The notes beneath the pieces were generated by a model. The model did not search any database. It saw only the letters and a program-made list of their open reading frames with translations, and was not told the origin of the DNA. A program made the position numbers and the translations under genes. DNA of 64,000 nucleotides from Thermodesulfobacteriota bacterium (GTDB lineage Bacteria; Desulfobacterota; Desulfarculia; JACQYL01), in assembly GCA_963675595.2 (NCBI GenBank), contig CAXXLZ010000002.1:288001-352000 (forward strand). Reading direction: 5' to 3'. The stretch's first letter is position 1. Each line of letters starts with the position of its first letter. This document shows positions 1 to 10,035 of this stretch, one piece after another.

Positions 1-465
1 ACTTCCCTGTTGATTCTGCCTCTCCTGGGGGTGGTCATCTATGAAGTCGTCATGCGCTACGTGTTCAACGCTCCAACCATCTGGGCGTTTGAAACCACCA
101 CTTTTCTCTACGGCATGCACTATATGTTCGGCCTGTCCTACACCGACGTTCAAGACGGACATGTGCGTGTGGACATTTTCTCCGCCAGGCTGCCGGGGAG
201 AAAACAGGCCGCGCTGAACCTGGTCACGAATCTGATATTTTTCATGCCTGTATTCACCTGCATGACGATTTGGTCGTTTAAATTCGCCTGGGTCTCGGTG
301 CGGATGAACGAGGTGAACTCCACGAGTTGGGCGCCGCCCGTCTACCCTTTCAAACTCGTTATGGCGTTCTGCTTCCTGTTCCTGCTGCTCCAGGGCATGG
401 CCAATCTCCTGGACCAGATACGCGTGCTGCTGAACAAGAACGATTCAACAACAGAGGGGAACTGA
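1..465 (+). CDS. dctQ: TRAP transporter small permease (DctQ), N-terminus cut by window edge
   Basis: Frame open from base 1; YEVVMRYVFNAPTIWAFE and GHVRVD motifs; 4 TM segments; directly upstream of DctM. Confidence 0.9.
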   Translation, partial: TSLLILPLLGVVIYEVVMRYVFNAPTIWAFETTTFLYGMHYMFGLSYTDVQDGHVRVDIFSARLPGRKQAALNLVTNLIFFMPVFTCMTIWSFKFAWVSVRMNEVNSTSWAPPVYPFKLVMAFCFLFLLLQGMANLLDQIRVLLNKNDSTTEGN

Positions 466-466
466 T

Positions 467-1810
467 ATGAGTCCCGAAGTCCTGACTGTGTTCATGTTCG
501 GCGCCCTGATTCTGGCCATCACTCTGGGACATCCCCTGGCCTACACCCTTGCCGCCATTGCCGCTTTCGCCGGGTTGGTGGACAACGGTTTCAATGTTCC
601 CGCACTGTTCGAGATGTTCGCCAACAACACCTGGGGCCTGATGGACAACTACATCCTCGTGGCGATTCCTTTGTTCATCATGATGGCCCAGCTCTTGGAC
701 CGTTCGAAGGTGGCCGATCAGCTCTTCGAAGCCCTGTATGTGGTTCTGGGAAGCATCAAAGGTGGCCTGGGCCTGGCCGTGGTCGTTGTCTGCACCGTGT
801 TCGCGGCCACCACCGGCATCATCGGCGCTTCCGTCGTGGCCATGGGACTGCTCGCCACGCCCGCCCTTGTTCGCAAGAATTATCAGAAGGAAATGACCAG
901 CGGCATCATCTGCGCTTCCGGCACCTTGGGCATCCTGATCCCTCCGAGCATCATGCTCGTCATTTACGGAGGCCTGACCGGCCTGAAGGAAACCTCCGTG
1001 GGAGCCCTGTTCGCGGGTGCCATCATCCCCGGCCTAGTGTTGTCGGGCCTTTATTTCGCCTACATCTTCACTCGCTGCACGCTGAATCCCAAACTCGGCC
1101 CACCCATCAGCCGGGAGGAAGCCGGGAAATGGACGGCAAGACGGAAACTGCTCATCACCATGAAGTCCCTGGTTCCTCCCATGGCCTTGATCCTCCTGGT
1201 GATGGGAACGATTCTCGCCGGCATCGCCACTCCCACCGAGGCTGCGGGCTTGGGGGCGCTGGGCGCGCTGATCTTGGCTCTATTCAACCGGAAGCTGAAT
1301 TGGGACGTGCTCAAACAGGCAAGTTTCGCCACACTGAAGACCACTTCCATGGTGATGATGCTTTTCATCGGGGGTAAGTTTTTCAGTACGGTGTTCATGA
1401 GCATGGGCGGTGGAGACGTGGTGGCCGATCTGTTGGTGGGCAGCGGGCTCAATCGGTGGCTGGTGCTCTTCATCATGATGTTCATCGTTTTCCTGATGGG
1501 AATGTTCATCGACTGGGCGGCCATTCTCCTGGTTACGGTGCCCGTGTTCATGCCCATCGCCCAGGAACTCGATTTCAATCCGCTCTGGTTTTCGATTTTG
1601 ATGTGTGTCAACCTCCAGACCTCGTTTCTGACTCCGCCCTTCGGCTACGCCCTGTTCTACTTCAAAGGCGTGGCTCCCGAGGAATTCACCATGATGCACG
1701 TTTATAAGGGCATCATTCCCTTTGTGTTGCTTCAGCTTGCGGGATTGCTGGTTTTGGCGATTTTTCCCGGTGTGGTGACTTTTCTGCCCGATTTCTTTTT
1801 CGGCTCGTGA
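467..1810 (+). CDS. dctM: TRAP transporter large permease (DctM)
   Basis: AIPLFIMMA, GTLGILIPPS, TPTEAA, TPPFG motifs; very hydrophobic 447 aa. Confidence 0.95.
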   Translation: MSPEVLTVFMFGALILAITLGHPLAYTLAAIAAFAGLVDNGFNVPALFEMFANNTWGLMDNYILVAIPLFIMMAQLLDRSKVADQLFEALYVVLGSIKGGLGLAVVVVCTVFAATTGIIGASVVAMGLLATPALVRKNYQKEMTSGIICASGTLGILIPPSIMLVIYGGLTGLKETSVGALFAGAIIPGLVLSGLYFAYIFTRCTLNPKLGPPISREEAGKWTARRKLLITMKSLVPPMALILLVMGTILAGIATPTEAAGLGALGALILALFNRKLNWDVLKQASFATLKTTSMVMMLFIGGKFFSTVFMSMGGGDVVADLLVGSGLNRWLVLFIMMFIVFLMGMFIDWAAILLVTVPVFMPIAQELDFNPLWFSILMCVNLQTSFLTPPFGYALFYFKGVAPEEFTMMHVYKGIIPFVLLQLAGLLVLAIFPGVVTFLPDFFFGS

Positions 1811-1860
1811 CCTTTCGTGCGTCGGACCGGTCATTTGATTCATGAAGGAGATACGGCGAC

Positions 1861-2490
1861 ATGACAAACCGGAAAGACTTGGAAACAAGGTTCGAAGAGA
1901 AGGCAAGAAACGTGTCCGCTTTTGTCTCCAGAGTCGATACATTGGCTCAGGCACTGGACTATACGGTGGACGTCTGTGTACGCAAGGAAGCCTGCCGTCT
2001 TCTCTTGGCCGGGTGTGAGGAACCCTTGTCCGGAGGTGCGGAAGGCCTTTGCGATGCCGGGCGAGGGAAAACGGTGGCCGCTCCGGGCCTCGGCGCGGAA
2101 GCGACCCGCCTCCTTGGTCGGAGAATTGCCCGGGAGGACGTCGTTCTGGTCGAGGATACCCTGAGAAACCATTTGGCCGGCATTGATGTGGGAATCACCC
2201 TGGTCGATTTCGGCATCGCGGAAACCGGAACCCTGGTCATTGATTCCAGCGATGAGGAGATCAGGCTGGCAAGCATGATCAGTGAAATTCACGTGGCGTT
2301 GTTGCCCGTATCGAAGATCCGGGAAACGGCCTACGACGTTGAGAAGGAACTCGTCCAGGACATGCGCAGGCCGCCGAATTTCACCGCCTTCATCACCGGA
2401 GCCAGCAGAACGGCGGATATCGAACGCGTGCTGGCTCTGGGCGTTCATGGTCCCCTTGAGCTCCACATTTTGCTCATGGAGGAAGACTGA
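1861..2490 (+). CDS. lutC: LUD-domain lactate utilisation protein (LutC/LldG/YkgG)
   Basis: GIAETGTL, ITGASRTADIERVLALGVHGP motifs; AAGGAG RBS upstream. Confidence 0.9.
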   Translation: MTNRKDLETRFEEKARNVSAFVSRVDTLAQALDYTVDVCVRKEACRLLLAGCEEPLSGGAEGLCDAGRGKTVAAPGLGAEATRLLGRRIAREDVVLVEDTLRNHLAGIDVGITLVDFGIAETGTLVIDSSDEEIRLASMISEIHVALLPVSKIRETAYDVEKELVQDMRRPPNFTAFITGASRTADIERVLALGVHGPLELHILLMEED

Positions 2491-4670
2491 TGCAGGAGGC
2501 ACGGAACCTCAGGGAGTACAAAGACGAGGTGCGTGAGGCCCTGGACAATGAGTTCCAGCGGGAAGCGTTGGACAAATTCGCCCTCGCCTATCCCGTCGGC
2601 AGACAAAACGCCTTCGCCGGACTGGAAATCGACACGCTGGTGGACGAGGTGGCCCGCAGGAAGGACTTCGCCGTCGCCCACATGGAGGAACTCTATCAGG
2701 AGTTCAAAAGCAAAGCCGAAGCAGCGGGCGTTCACGTCCATTTGGCGCGCACCGCCAAGGAAGCCAACGACATCATCGCGGACATCGCCCGAAGCGCGGG
2801 AGCCCGGAACATCATCAAGTCCAAATCCATGACCGCGGAGGAGATTCTCCTCAACCACCACCTCGAAGCCGAGGGGTTCCAGGTCACGGAAACCGACCTG
2901 GGAGAATGGATCATCCAATTGCGTCACGAAGGACCGTCTCACATGGTCATGCCCGCCATCCATCTCTCCAGGTACCAAGTGGCCGACTTGTTCTCGGACG
3001 TCACGGGAAAAACGCAGGATGCCGAAATCGAACGGCTGGTCAAGGTGGCTCGGCGGGAACTCAGGCAGAAGTTCGTGGAGGCGGACTTGGGCGTTTCGGG
3101 CGCCAATTTCGCCGTTGCGGAAACCGGGACCATCGGCATGACCACCAACGAGGGGAACGCCAGGCTGGTGGCCACCCTGCCCAGGACTCACGTGGTCCTG
3201 GCGGGCCTGGAAAAGCTGGTTCCCAAACTCCACGATGCTCTTTCCATCAATCGAGTGCTTCCGAAAAACGCCACGGGGCAGGCCATCACCTCTTACGTCA
3301 CCTGGATCACCGGTCCCGTGGAATGCGGTGCAACCCCGGACCGGAAAAAGGAGTTGCACGTCGTCTTTCTCGACAACGGGCGCAGTCGGCTGGCTCGTGA
3401 TCCCGTTTTTTCCCAGGTGCTTCGCTGCATTCGCTGCGGAGCCTGCGCCAACGTCTGTCCCGTTTACCGAATGGTGGGAGGACACCGGTACGGCCACATC
3501 TACATCGGGGCCATCGGGCTCATTGTGACGTATTTCTTCCACGGCCGGGAAAAGGCCCGGAACCTGGTCATGAACTGCCTCAATTGCGGGGCCTGCAAGG
3601 CCGTGTGCGCCGCCGGGATCGACCTGCCTCGCCTCATCAAGGAAGTCCACACCAGGATTCAGGACGAGGAAGGACATCCGCTGAAAGGAAGGCTCGCAGG
3701 GATCGCCATGAAAAACCGGAAGCTGTTTCATGGGTTGCTGACGTCGCTGCGTCGGGCACAACGGCCCGTGACCGGGGGAACTCAGTTCATGAGACATCTG
3801 CCCATGGTCCTGTTCGGCGCTTACGAATACATGGCGCTTCCCGCCCTGGCCGAGCGTCCCTTTAGGGAGCTCTGGCCGACGATCCACACCCGCGTGGAGC
3901 ATCCCCGTTTCCGCGTGGCTCTCTTCGCCGGATGTCTCGAAGATTTCGTCTATCCCCAACATCTGATTGCGGCGGTTCGTCTGTTTTCACGCCATGGTGT
4001 GGACGTGCACTTTCCCCTCCACCAGACCTGTTGCGGTCTGCCTTTGGACATGATGGGGGAAAAGGAGACGGCCCGAGAGTTGGCGGAGCAGAATTTGGAG
4101 GCCGCGGATCCGGCGAATTACGACTATATTGTGACCCTGTGCGCCTCTTGCGCCTCCCACCTGAAGAACGGAGTTCCTCGGTTGCTTCAAATGGCTGGAA
4201 GTCCCTCCGCCAAAGCTCGAGAGTTCTCCGAGAAGATACTCCCCTTCAGTTCATTCGCCGCCGATGTGTTGAAGCTGGGTCCGGATGACTTCTCGCCTTC
4301 GAATCGCAAGGTCACCTACCACGCCTCCTGTCACCTTTGCCGAGGGCTCGGGGTCCGTAAAGCGCCTCACGAGCTGATCCGGGCCTCGGGATCGGATTTC
4401 GGACAGGCATCGGAAGAAGAAACCTGCTGCGGGTTCGGAGGAACCTACGCGAGCAATTTCCCGCAAATCTCCGAGCGGATATTGAAACGAAAGCTCGCGG
4501 ATTTTCAGCAGACCGGAGCGGACCTGCTCGTCACGGAATGTCCGGGTTGTGTGCTCCATTTGAAAGGGGGGGTTACCCGGCAGGGAATGTCCATGGAAGT
4601 TGAACACTTGGCCGAACACCTGGCCGATCAAATGAAACCCGGCCCCACCCGGGAAAAGGAGTTGCGATGA
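2490..4670 (+). CDS. lutB: L-lactate dehydrogenase large subunit: LutB (LUD + 2x[4Fe-4S]) fused to LutA-like CCG domains (LldH/LdhH type)
   Basis: KSKSMTAEEI, ETDLGEWIIQL, CIRCGACANVCP, CLNCGACKAVC, then TCCG and CCGFGG CCG domains; TGATG overlap with lutC. Confidence 0.9.
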   Translation: MQEARNLREYKDEVREALDNEFQREALDKFALAYPVGRQNAFAGLEIDTLVDEVARRKDFAVAHMEELYQEFKSKAEAAGVHVHLARTAKEANDIIADIARSAGARNIIKSKSMTAEEILLNHHLEAEGFQVTETDLGEWIIQLRHEGPSHMVMPAIHLSRYQVADLFSDVTGKTQDAEIERLVKVARRELRQKFVEADLGVSGANFAVAETGTIGMTTNEGNARLVATLPRTHVVLAGLEKLVPKLHDALSINRVLPKNATGQAITSYVTWITGPVECGATPDRKKELHVVFLDNGRSRLARDPVFSQVLRCIRCGACANVCPVYRMVGGHRYGHIYIGAIGLIVTYFFHGREKARNLVMNCLNCGACKAVCAAGIDLPRLIKEVHTRIQDEEGHPLKGRLAGIAMKNRKLFHGLLTSLRRAQRPVTGGTQFMRHLPMVLFGAYEYMALPALAERPFRELWPTIHTRVEHPRFRVALFAGCLEDFVYPQHLIAAVRLFSRHGVDVHFPLHQTCCGLPLDMMGEKETARELAEQNLEAADPANYDYIVTLCASCASHLKNGVPRLLQMAGSPSAKAREFSEKILPFSSFAADVLKLGPDDFSPSNRKVTYHASCHLCRGLGVRKAPHELIRASGSDFGQASEEETCCGFGGTYASNFPQISERILKRKLADFQQTGADLLVTECPGCVLHLKGGVTRQGMSMEVEHLAEHLADQMKPGPTREKELR

Positions 4671-5170
4671 AGCTGCCTGTGTTTCAACGAATTCTCTTCC
4701 CCACCGACATGTCGGAAAGCGCGGGATTCGCTTTTCCCTACGCCGCGGAGCTCGCCCACCGATTGAACGGCCATATTACCATTCTCCATGTGATCGAGAA
4801 TCCGTCTCACGCCATAGAACAGCAGATTCTCTCCTATTTGGGAGAATCGGGCTGGAAAGACCTGCAGAAGCATCGGGAGGATGATTTCGTCGCGGCGGCC
4901 AAGAATCGTCTTTCCGCCTTTTGTCAAGATATGAGCGACCGCTTGGACGACTGCCCCTTTATTGTCGAGGAGATCAAAGTGCTCCACGGCCTGCCTTCCG
5001 AAATCATCCTGCACGAAGCCGAAAAGGGAGGTTTCGACCTGGTGGTCATGGGGACCCACGGCTTCGGCCTGTTGGCCAACGCGCTCATGGGAAGCGTGGC
5101 CACCAGGGTGGTGCGTCATTGCTCCAAACCGGTGCTCACCATTCGATTGCCCAAGGAGAAGCGGGAATAG
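4667..5170 (+). CDS. Universal stress protein
   Basis: ILFPTDMS...LVVMGTHG...MGSVATRVVRH USP signature. Confidence 0.9.
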   Translation: MKLPVFQRILFPTDMSESAGFAFPYAAELAHRLNGHITILHVIENPSHAIEQQILSYLGESGWKDLQKHREDDFVAAAKNRLSAFCQDMSDRLDDCPFIVEEIKVLHGLPSEIILHEAEKGGFDLVVMGTHGFGLLANALMGSVATRVVRHCSKPVLTIRLPKEKRE

Positions 5171-5325
5171 AGACGCGGGAACCAATCGGTTATCTTTGTC
5201 CCGGATGCCGATCTCGATCTTCACCGGCCTGAGTTGCAGTCGAGCATACGGAATGGAAACGGCTTTCGCCTTGGAAAGGATGCACATTGAATTCATTGGA
5301 GTCTTCGTTGTTGAAGGAGCGCGGA

Positions 5326-7056
5326 TTGCGATTCAATAAGCTTCACCTTCTGATGGTTTTCTTGTCGGTCGTGACTCTGATGTTTGTCGTCGATGCGGAA
5401 GCAGGCTGGCGACTCGATGGGGGGCGCTTCCAGGCGTCGGTGCACGGTGGAATGGGATGCCTGGATTGCCACGAAAATATCCCGCAACAAACTCCGCACC
5501 CGAACCCTTCCGACGTGAACAAGTCCCTATCCGATTTCTTCGAACCGGAACACTGTCTGACCTGTCACGAAGAAGTACGGGACGAGATCGAAACCGAAGC
5601 CGTTCACGGTGGAGAAGACGTCCATGACACGCAACGCTTCTTTAACTGCGTGGCGTGCCACGATCCACACTACCAGGGAACGACCGAGGATGAGGCGGGC
5701 TCCGAGGCTCCGCAATGGAGCGAAGCGGACCGGCCGTGTATGACCTGCCATGAGCGGGTGCCGAAAGACGATCCGGCTCGACTGACGAAGGACCGCGACT
5801 TCTGCTTCGTCTGTCACGCCGCGAATTCGAGCACGCCCGCTTGGTTGCCGGCCATGGACCCGGCCGAATACACCCAATCCACCCATGCCGCGCAGGATTG
5901 CCTGTCCTGCCACACACGGGCCGACGGGTATGGACATGATCGCCAACCCAAGGTAGATTGCCGCGCCTGCCACCAGCCCCACGCGGAAAAAGTGACGCAC
6001 GACGCCCACTCCCTGGTTTCCTGCGAAGCCTGCCACTTGGGAGACGTGTCGCCCCTGCGCGACCCTCAAACCCATCAAGTGCTCTGGGAACGTACTCGAG
6101 CCGCCGGCGCGCTCTCGACGGTGCACGATTTTTCCGCCTCGGATGAAAGCACATGCCTTCGCTGTCACTTCAAGGGCAACACCGTGGGCACGGTTGCCAT
6201 GGTCCTGCCTCCCAAGAGTGTTTTGTGCATGCCCTGCCACGCGGCCACCCTCAGCATCGGAGATACCGTAACTTGGATCTCGCTGCTCGTGGCTTTTATC
6301 GGTTTCCTGGGGGTCGCGACCCTATGGTTTTCGGGACGGTCGGGCGAAACATCCGACAGAAGCCCCTCCGGCAATCCGACAAGCCACGCTCACAGCGCCG
6401 GTTTCTCTCATAGGCTGCCGGCCGTATTGGAGGCGATATTCTGGGATGTGCTCCTGCAACGACGGCTCTTTCGCAGGTCTCCGAGGCGCTGGGCCGTCCA
6501 TGCCCTGATTTTCTGGCCTTTCGTCATTCGCTTCGTCTGGGGCGTCTTGGCGCTGTTTTCAACGAACTATCTAAAATCATGGCCCTTTTCCTGGATCCTC
6601 GTGAACAAGAATTATCCGCTCACCGCCTTATTGTTCGATCTCACGGGAATCTGCCTGGCAATCGGAATCGTCCTGGCTTTTGTCCGGGGGGCCGCGGCGG
6701 ACCGAACCCGCACGCCCGGCTTGCCGTCCCAGGATCGTTTGGCCCTCGGCCTTCTGGGCGGCATCGTTTTGGTGGGGTTCGTCTTGGAAGGCATGCGTAT
6801 CGCGCTCACGGGCGCGCAGGGCCCCGCGGCCTTTGCGTTTTTAGGATACGGCATCAGCCGTCTGTTCACCGGGATGAACCAACTCAGCGTCGTTTACGGC
6901 TACGTCTGGTACCTGCACGCCGTCCTGACCGGGGCCTTTGTCGCCTACTTGCCCTTCAGCAGGATGATGCACATCATCATGGGACCGGTAATTTTGGCCA
7001 TGAACGCGGGAGCCGATCCACACCACGCCGGGCGACCGACGAAATCGAATCATTAG
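5326..7056 (+). CDS. Decaheme c-type cytochrome fused to NarI/HdrE/DsrM-like membrane cytochrome b
   Basis: 10 CXXCH motifs; probable TTG start at 5326 after AAGGAG giving a signal peptide ending AEA; C-terminal TM domain with AVHALIF, TGI, GFVLEG, YLHAV...YLPFSRMMHI. Confidence 0.85.
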   Translation: MRFNKLHLLMVFLSVVTLMFVVDAEAGWRLDGGRFQASVHGGMGCLDCHENIPQQTPHPNPSDVNKSLSDFFEPEHCLTCHEEVRDEIETEAVHGGEDVHDTQRFFNCVACHDPHYQGTTEDEAGSEAPQWSEADRPCMTCHERVPKDDPARLTKDRDFCFVCHAANSSTPAWLPAMDPAEYTQSTHAAQDCLSCHTRADGYGHDRQPKVDCRACHQPHAEKVTHDAHSLVSCEACHLGDVSPLRDPQTHQVLWERTRAAGALSTVHDFSASDESTCLRCHFKGNTVGTVAMVLPPKSVLCMPCHAATLSIGDTVTWISLLVAFIGFLGVATLWFSGRSGETSDRSPSGNPTSHAHSAGFSHRLPAVLEAIFWDVLLQRRLFRRSPRRWAVHALIFWPFVIRFVWGVLALFSTNYLKSWPFSWILVNKNYPLTALLFDLTGICLAIGIVLAFVRGAAADRTRTPGLPSQDRLALGLLGGIVLVGFVLEGMRIALTGAQGPAAFAFLGYGISRLFTGMNQLSVVYGYVWYLHAVLTGAFVAYLPFSRMMHIIMGPVILAMNAGADPHHAGRPTKSNH

Positions 7057-7091
7057 AAGGAAACGGCAACGATGGTTATGGAGGAAAGGTG

Positions 7092-8474
7092 ATGAACGAC
7101 GACATCAAGAAAGCCCTGAAAGAGATCGTCGGAGAAGACAATTTCACCGATCGGCTGATCGACATGGTCTCGTATTCCTACGATGCGTCCGAGCACAGCA
7201 GCCGTCCGGATTGCGCCGTGTGGGCGGAAAACGTAGAGCAGGTGTCCGAGATATTGAAAACGGCCGACAAACATCGCATCCCCGTAATTCCCAGGGGCGC
7301 GGGAACCGGCTTGTCCGGAATGGTCGTACCGGTAAAGGGCGGCATCGTTTTGGACTTGAATCGGATGAATCGGATTCTGAAGATCAGCATCGAGGACCGC
7401 CTGGCCGTTGTGCAGCCGGGCGTGGTGTATGCCGACCTGGATCGCGCATTGGCCCCTTACGGCTTCTTCTTCCCCCCGGACCCGGGCAGCGGCAGCGTCT
7501 GTACGTTGGGCGGCAACGTGGCCACCAACGCCGGTGGGGTCAAAGGCGCCAAGTACGGCACCACCCGAGATTATGTCCTGGGCTTGCAGGTGGTTCGCGC
7601 CGACGGCCGCATTATGCGGACGGGCGCGTCGACCATCAAGTGCGTCTCCGGATACGACCTGACCCGCCTGATCGTAGGCTCGGAAGGTACTCTGGGCGTG
7701 GTGACCGAAATCACCTTGAAGATCAATCCCAAGCCGACGGCGGCGAGTACCGCGGTGGCCACTTTCGGGAACCTGGAGGATGCCGGACGGGCGGTCACCC
7801 GAATCATGTCTTCGGGCATCATCCCGGCGGTCATGGAGATCATGGACCTGCCCACCATACAGGCCATCAATCAGAATACCGACCTCGGTCTTCCGGAAGT
7901 GGAAGCCATGTTGTTGGTGGAAACCGACGGGTATACTCAGGTCGAAACCGACTATCAGCTGTCCAAAGTGGTCGAGGTATTCAAAGAAAACCATTCCCTG
8001 GATATCAAACAGGCGGCTTCGAGAGACGAGGCCGCGGTGTTGTGGAAAGCCCGAAAATCAGCCTACGCGGTCCTGGCACGCATTCAGACCCACTTCGTGC
8101 TGGAGGACGTCACCGTGCCCATGGGAAGAATCACCGATCTGCTCCGGGGCATCGGCGATATCTCCAAAAAGTACGACCTCCGCATCGCCACTTTCGGCCA
8201 CGCCGGGGACGGCAACCTGCATCCACAGATTCTTTATGACGGCTACAACCCGGACGAGACGGCCCGGATGAAACAGGCGGTGGCCGATCTCTTTAAACTC
8301 TCGGTGGAACTGAACGGCACCCTCACGGGCGAACACGGTATCGGCATCGCCAAGGCTTCGTTTATGAGCTTGGAGCACGATGACGTGGAGATGGAAACCA
8401 TGCGCGCGGTCAAGCGCGCCTTCGATCCCAATAATATCCTGAACCCCGGAAAAATGGCGTTGGAGGCGAATTGA
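7092..8474 (+). CDS. glcD: FAD-linked 2-hydroxyacid (D-lactate/glycolate) dehydrogenase, GlcD family
   Basis: PRGAGTGLSG, PPDPGS, GGNVATNAGG, GSEGTLG, GHAGDGNLH, GEHGIG, LNPGK; ATG at 7092 after GGAGG. Confidence 0.92.
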   Translation: MNDDIKKALKEIVGEDNFTDRLIDMVSYSYDASEHSSRPDCAVWAENVEQVSEILKTADKHRIPVIPRGAGTGLSGMVVPVKGGIVLDLNRMNRILKISIEDRLAVVQPGVVYADLDRALAPYGFFFPPDPGSGSVCTLGGNVATNAGGVKGAKYGTTRDYVLGLQVVRADGRIMRTGASTIKCVSGYDLTRLIVGSEGTLGVVTEITLKINPKPTAASTAVATFGNLEDAGRAVTRIMSSGIIPAVMEIMDLPTIQAINQNTDLGLPEVEAMLLVETDGYTQVETDYQLSKVVEVFKENHSLDIKQAASRDEAAVLWKARKSAYAVLARIQTHFVLEDVTVPMGRITDLLRGIGDISKKYDLRIATFGHAGDGNLHPQILYDGYNPDETARMKQAVADLFKLSVELNGTLTGEHGIGIAKASFMSLEHDDVEMETMRAVKRAFDPNNILNPGKMALEAN

Positions 8475-9577
8475 TGGAGGCGAAATACGACTTTGAAAGA
8501 AAATACCGCAAGCAGATATTGCAGTGTTCGCGGTGCGGCTACTGCCAGGCGGTCTGTCCGATATTCGGGATTACTCATCGTCCCTCTTTCAATGCCCGGG
8601 GCAAGATGCTGCTCCTTAAGGAGGTCATGGATGGTAAGATCGACCTCAACGAAGAACTGATCGACACCCTCTTTCAGTGCACAACCTGCGCGGCCTGCAA
8701 GGAGAACTGCCCGTCGGGAGTGAATGTCCCCGAGATCATCAAGCAGGCCCGCAAGGACATGGTCAACATCGGGTCCTGCCATCCGGCCTTCACCGGAATG
8801 AACGAAGTCCTGCAGAAGAACACCAATATCTACGCCGAGGACGAACCGGAAGATTTCGGCCGCGAGCGCAACAAAAAGGCCGATTACGTCTATTTCGTCG
8901 GCTGCGTGGGCCTTTACCGTGAAGACGAAGCCACCGAGGCCACCCTGGACCTTCTGGACAGGCTCGACGTCGATTACACGTTGGTTGACGAAGCGTGCTG
9001 CAGCGGCGTGCTGGAAGACGTCGGACATTCCATCAACACCGACCTGGCCGACAAGAACATCGAAACCATTTTGGCCACCGGCGCCCATACGGTAATCACG
9101 GGCTGCCCCTACTGCTACCGGACCTTTAAGAACAAGGACGCCTACGCGCCCCTGAGGGAAAAGGGAATCCAACTGGTGCACATGGCGCAATTCCTGAAAG
9201 ACCTGGACATTTCCGTGACCACGGACTTGAAGGTAACGTACCACGATCCCTGCGACTTGGGCCGGCACTGCGGCATCTATGAGGAGCCCCGCCAAACCAT
9301 CCGGAAGATCGCTCCCAATTTCGTCGAGATGGCCCATCACCACGCCGACTCTCTGTGCTGCGGGTCCGGAGGCGGTGTTCGTGGGGCTTTCCCGAAGAAC
9401 TCGCTGAAAATGGCCAGACACCGGCTGGACGAGGCGTTGGATGTTCAGGCCGACGTGCTGCTCACCGAATGCAACTCCTGCGTCCACAATTTGGCCAACG
9501 CCAAACTGCGCAAGGACAAAATTCGTATCATGAACACCACCCAGTTTATCAACGAACTGATGGAAGAGGCTGAATAA
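8474..9577 (+). CDS. GlcF/HdrD-like Fe-S protein (2x[4Fe-4S] + two CCG domains)
   Basis: CSRCGYCQAVCP, CTTCAACKENCP, ACCSG/GCPYC, HDPC/CCGSGGG/ECNSC; translationally coupled to glcD. Confidence 0.88.
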   Translation: MEAKYDFERKYRKQILQCSRCGYCQAVCPIFGITHRPSFNARGKMLLLKEVMDGKIDLNEELIDTLFQCTTCAACKENCPSGVNVPEIIKQARKDMVNIGSCHPAFTGMNEVLQKNTNIYAEDEPEDFGRERNKKADYVYFVGCVGLYREDEATEATLDLLDRLDVDYTLVDEACCSGVLEDVGHSINTDLADKNIETILATGAHTVITGCPYCYRTFKNKDAYAPLREKGIQLVHMAQFLKDLDISVTTDLKVTYHDPCDLGRHCGIYEEPRQTIRKIAPNFVEMAHHHADSLCCGSGGGVRGAFPKNSLKMARHRLDEALDVQADVLLTECNSCVHNLANAKLRKDKIRIMNTTQFINELMEEAE

Positions 9578-9609
9578 CGAATCCCTGAAATTCCGAAAGG
9601 AGGCGTCCC

Positions 9610-10035
9610 ATGGATATCGGCGGCTACAACATGCCCGAGGACCTTTATTACGAGCCCAATCATTGGTGGGTCAAACAAGACGGAGACTTGTTGGTCATGG
9701 GAATGGACGACTTCGCTCAGAAACTGGCCGGAGAGATCGTCTATGTGCAATTGCCCGATGACGGAAAGAAGATCACGGCGGGGAAAAAGCTCGCCAAGGT
9801 CGAGTCCGGCAAATGGCTGGGCAAGGTCATCGCTCCGGTCAACGGCGTGATCGACTCGGTCAACGAGGAGCTGGAGGAAAACCCCGGTTTGATCAATGAA
9901 GACTGCTACGGCAAGGGCTGGATGTACAAAATCAAACCCGACGACGCCGGGGACCTGTCCAAACTGATTACCGGCGCGGAAGCCCTAACCAAATGGATCA
10001 ACGAAGAGATCGAAAAGTATGCCGACACGGAGTGA
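9610..10035 (+). CDS. gcvH: Glycine-cleavage-H-like lipoyl carrier protein (LbpA-type)
   Basis: HWWVK, GMDDFAQKLAGEI, VESGKWLG lipoyl-Lys motif, INEDCYGKGW; strong AGGAGG RBS. Confidence 0.9.
   Translation: MDIGGYNMPEDLYYEPNHWWVKQDGDLLVMGMDDFAQKLAGEIVYVQLPDDGKKITAGKKLAKVESGKWLGKVIAPVNGVIDSVNEELEENPGLINEDCYGKGWMYKIKPDDAGDLSKLITGAEALTKWINEEIEKYADTE

Noticed and set aside
9610-10035. Glycine cleavage system
   Set aside because: No P, T or L protein in the window; lipoyl motif is LbpA-like
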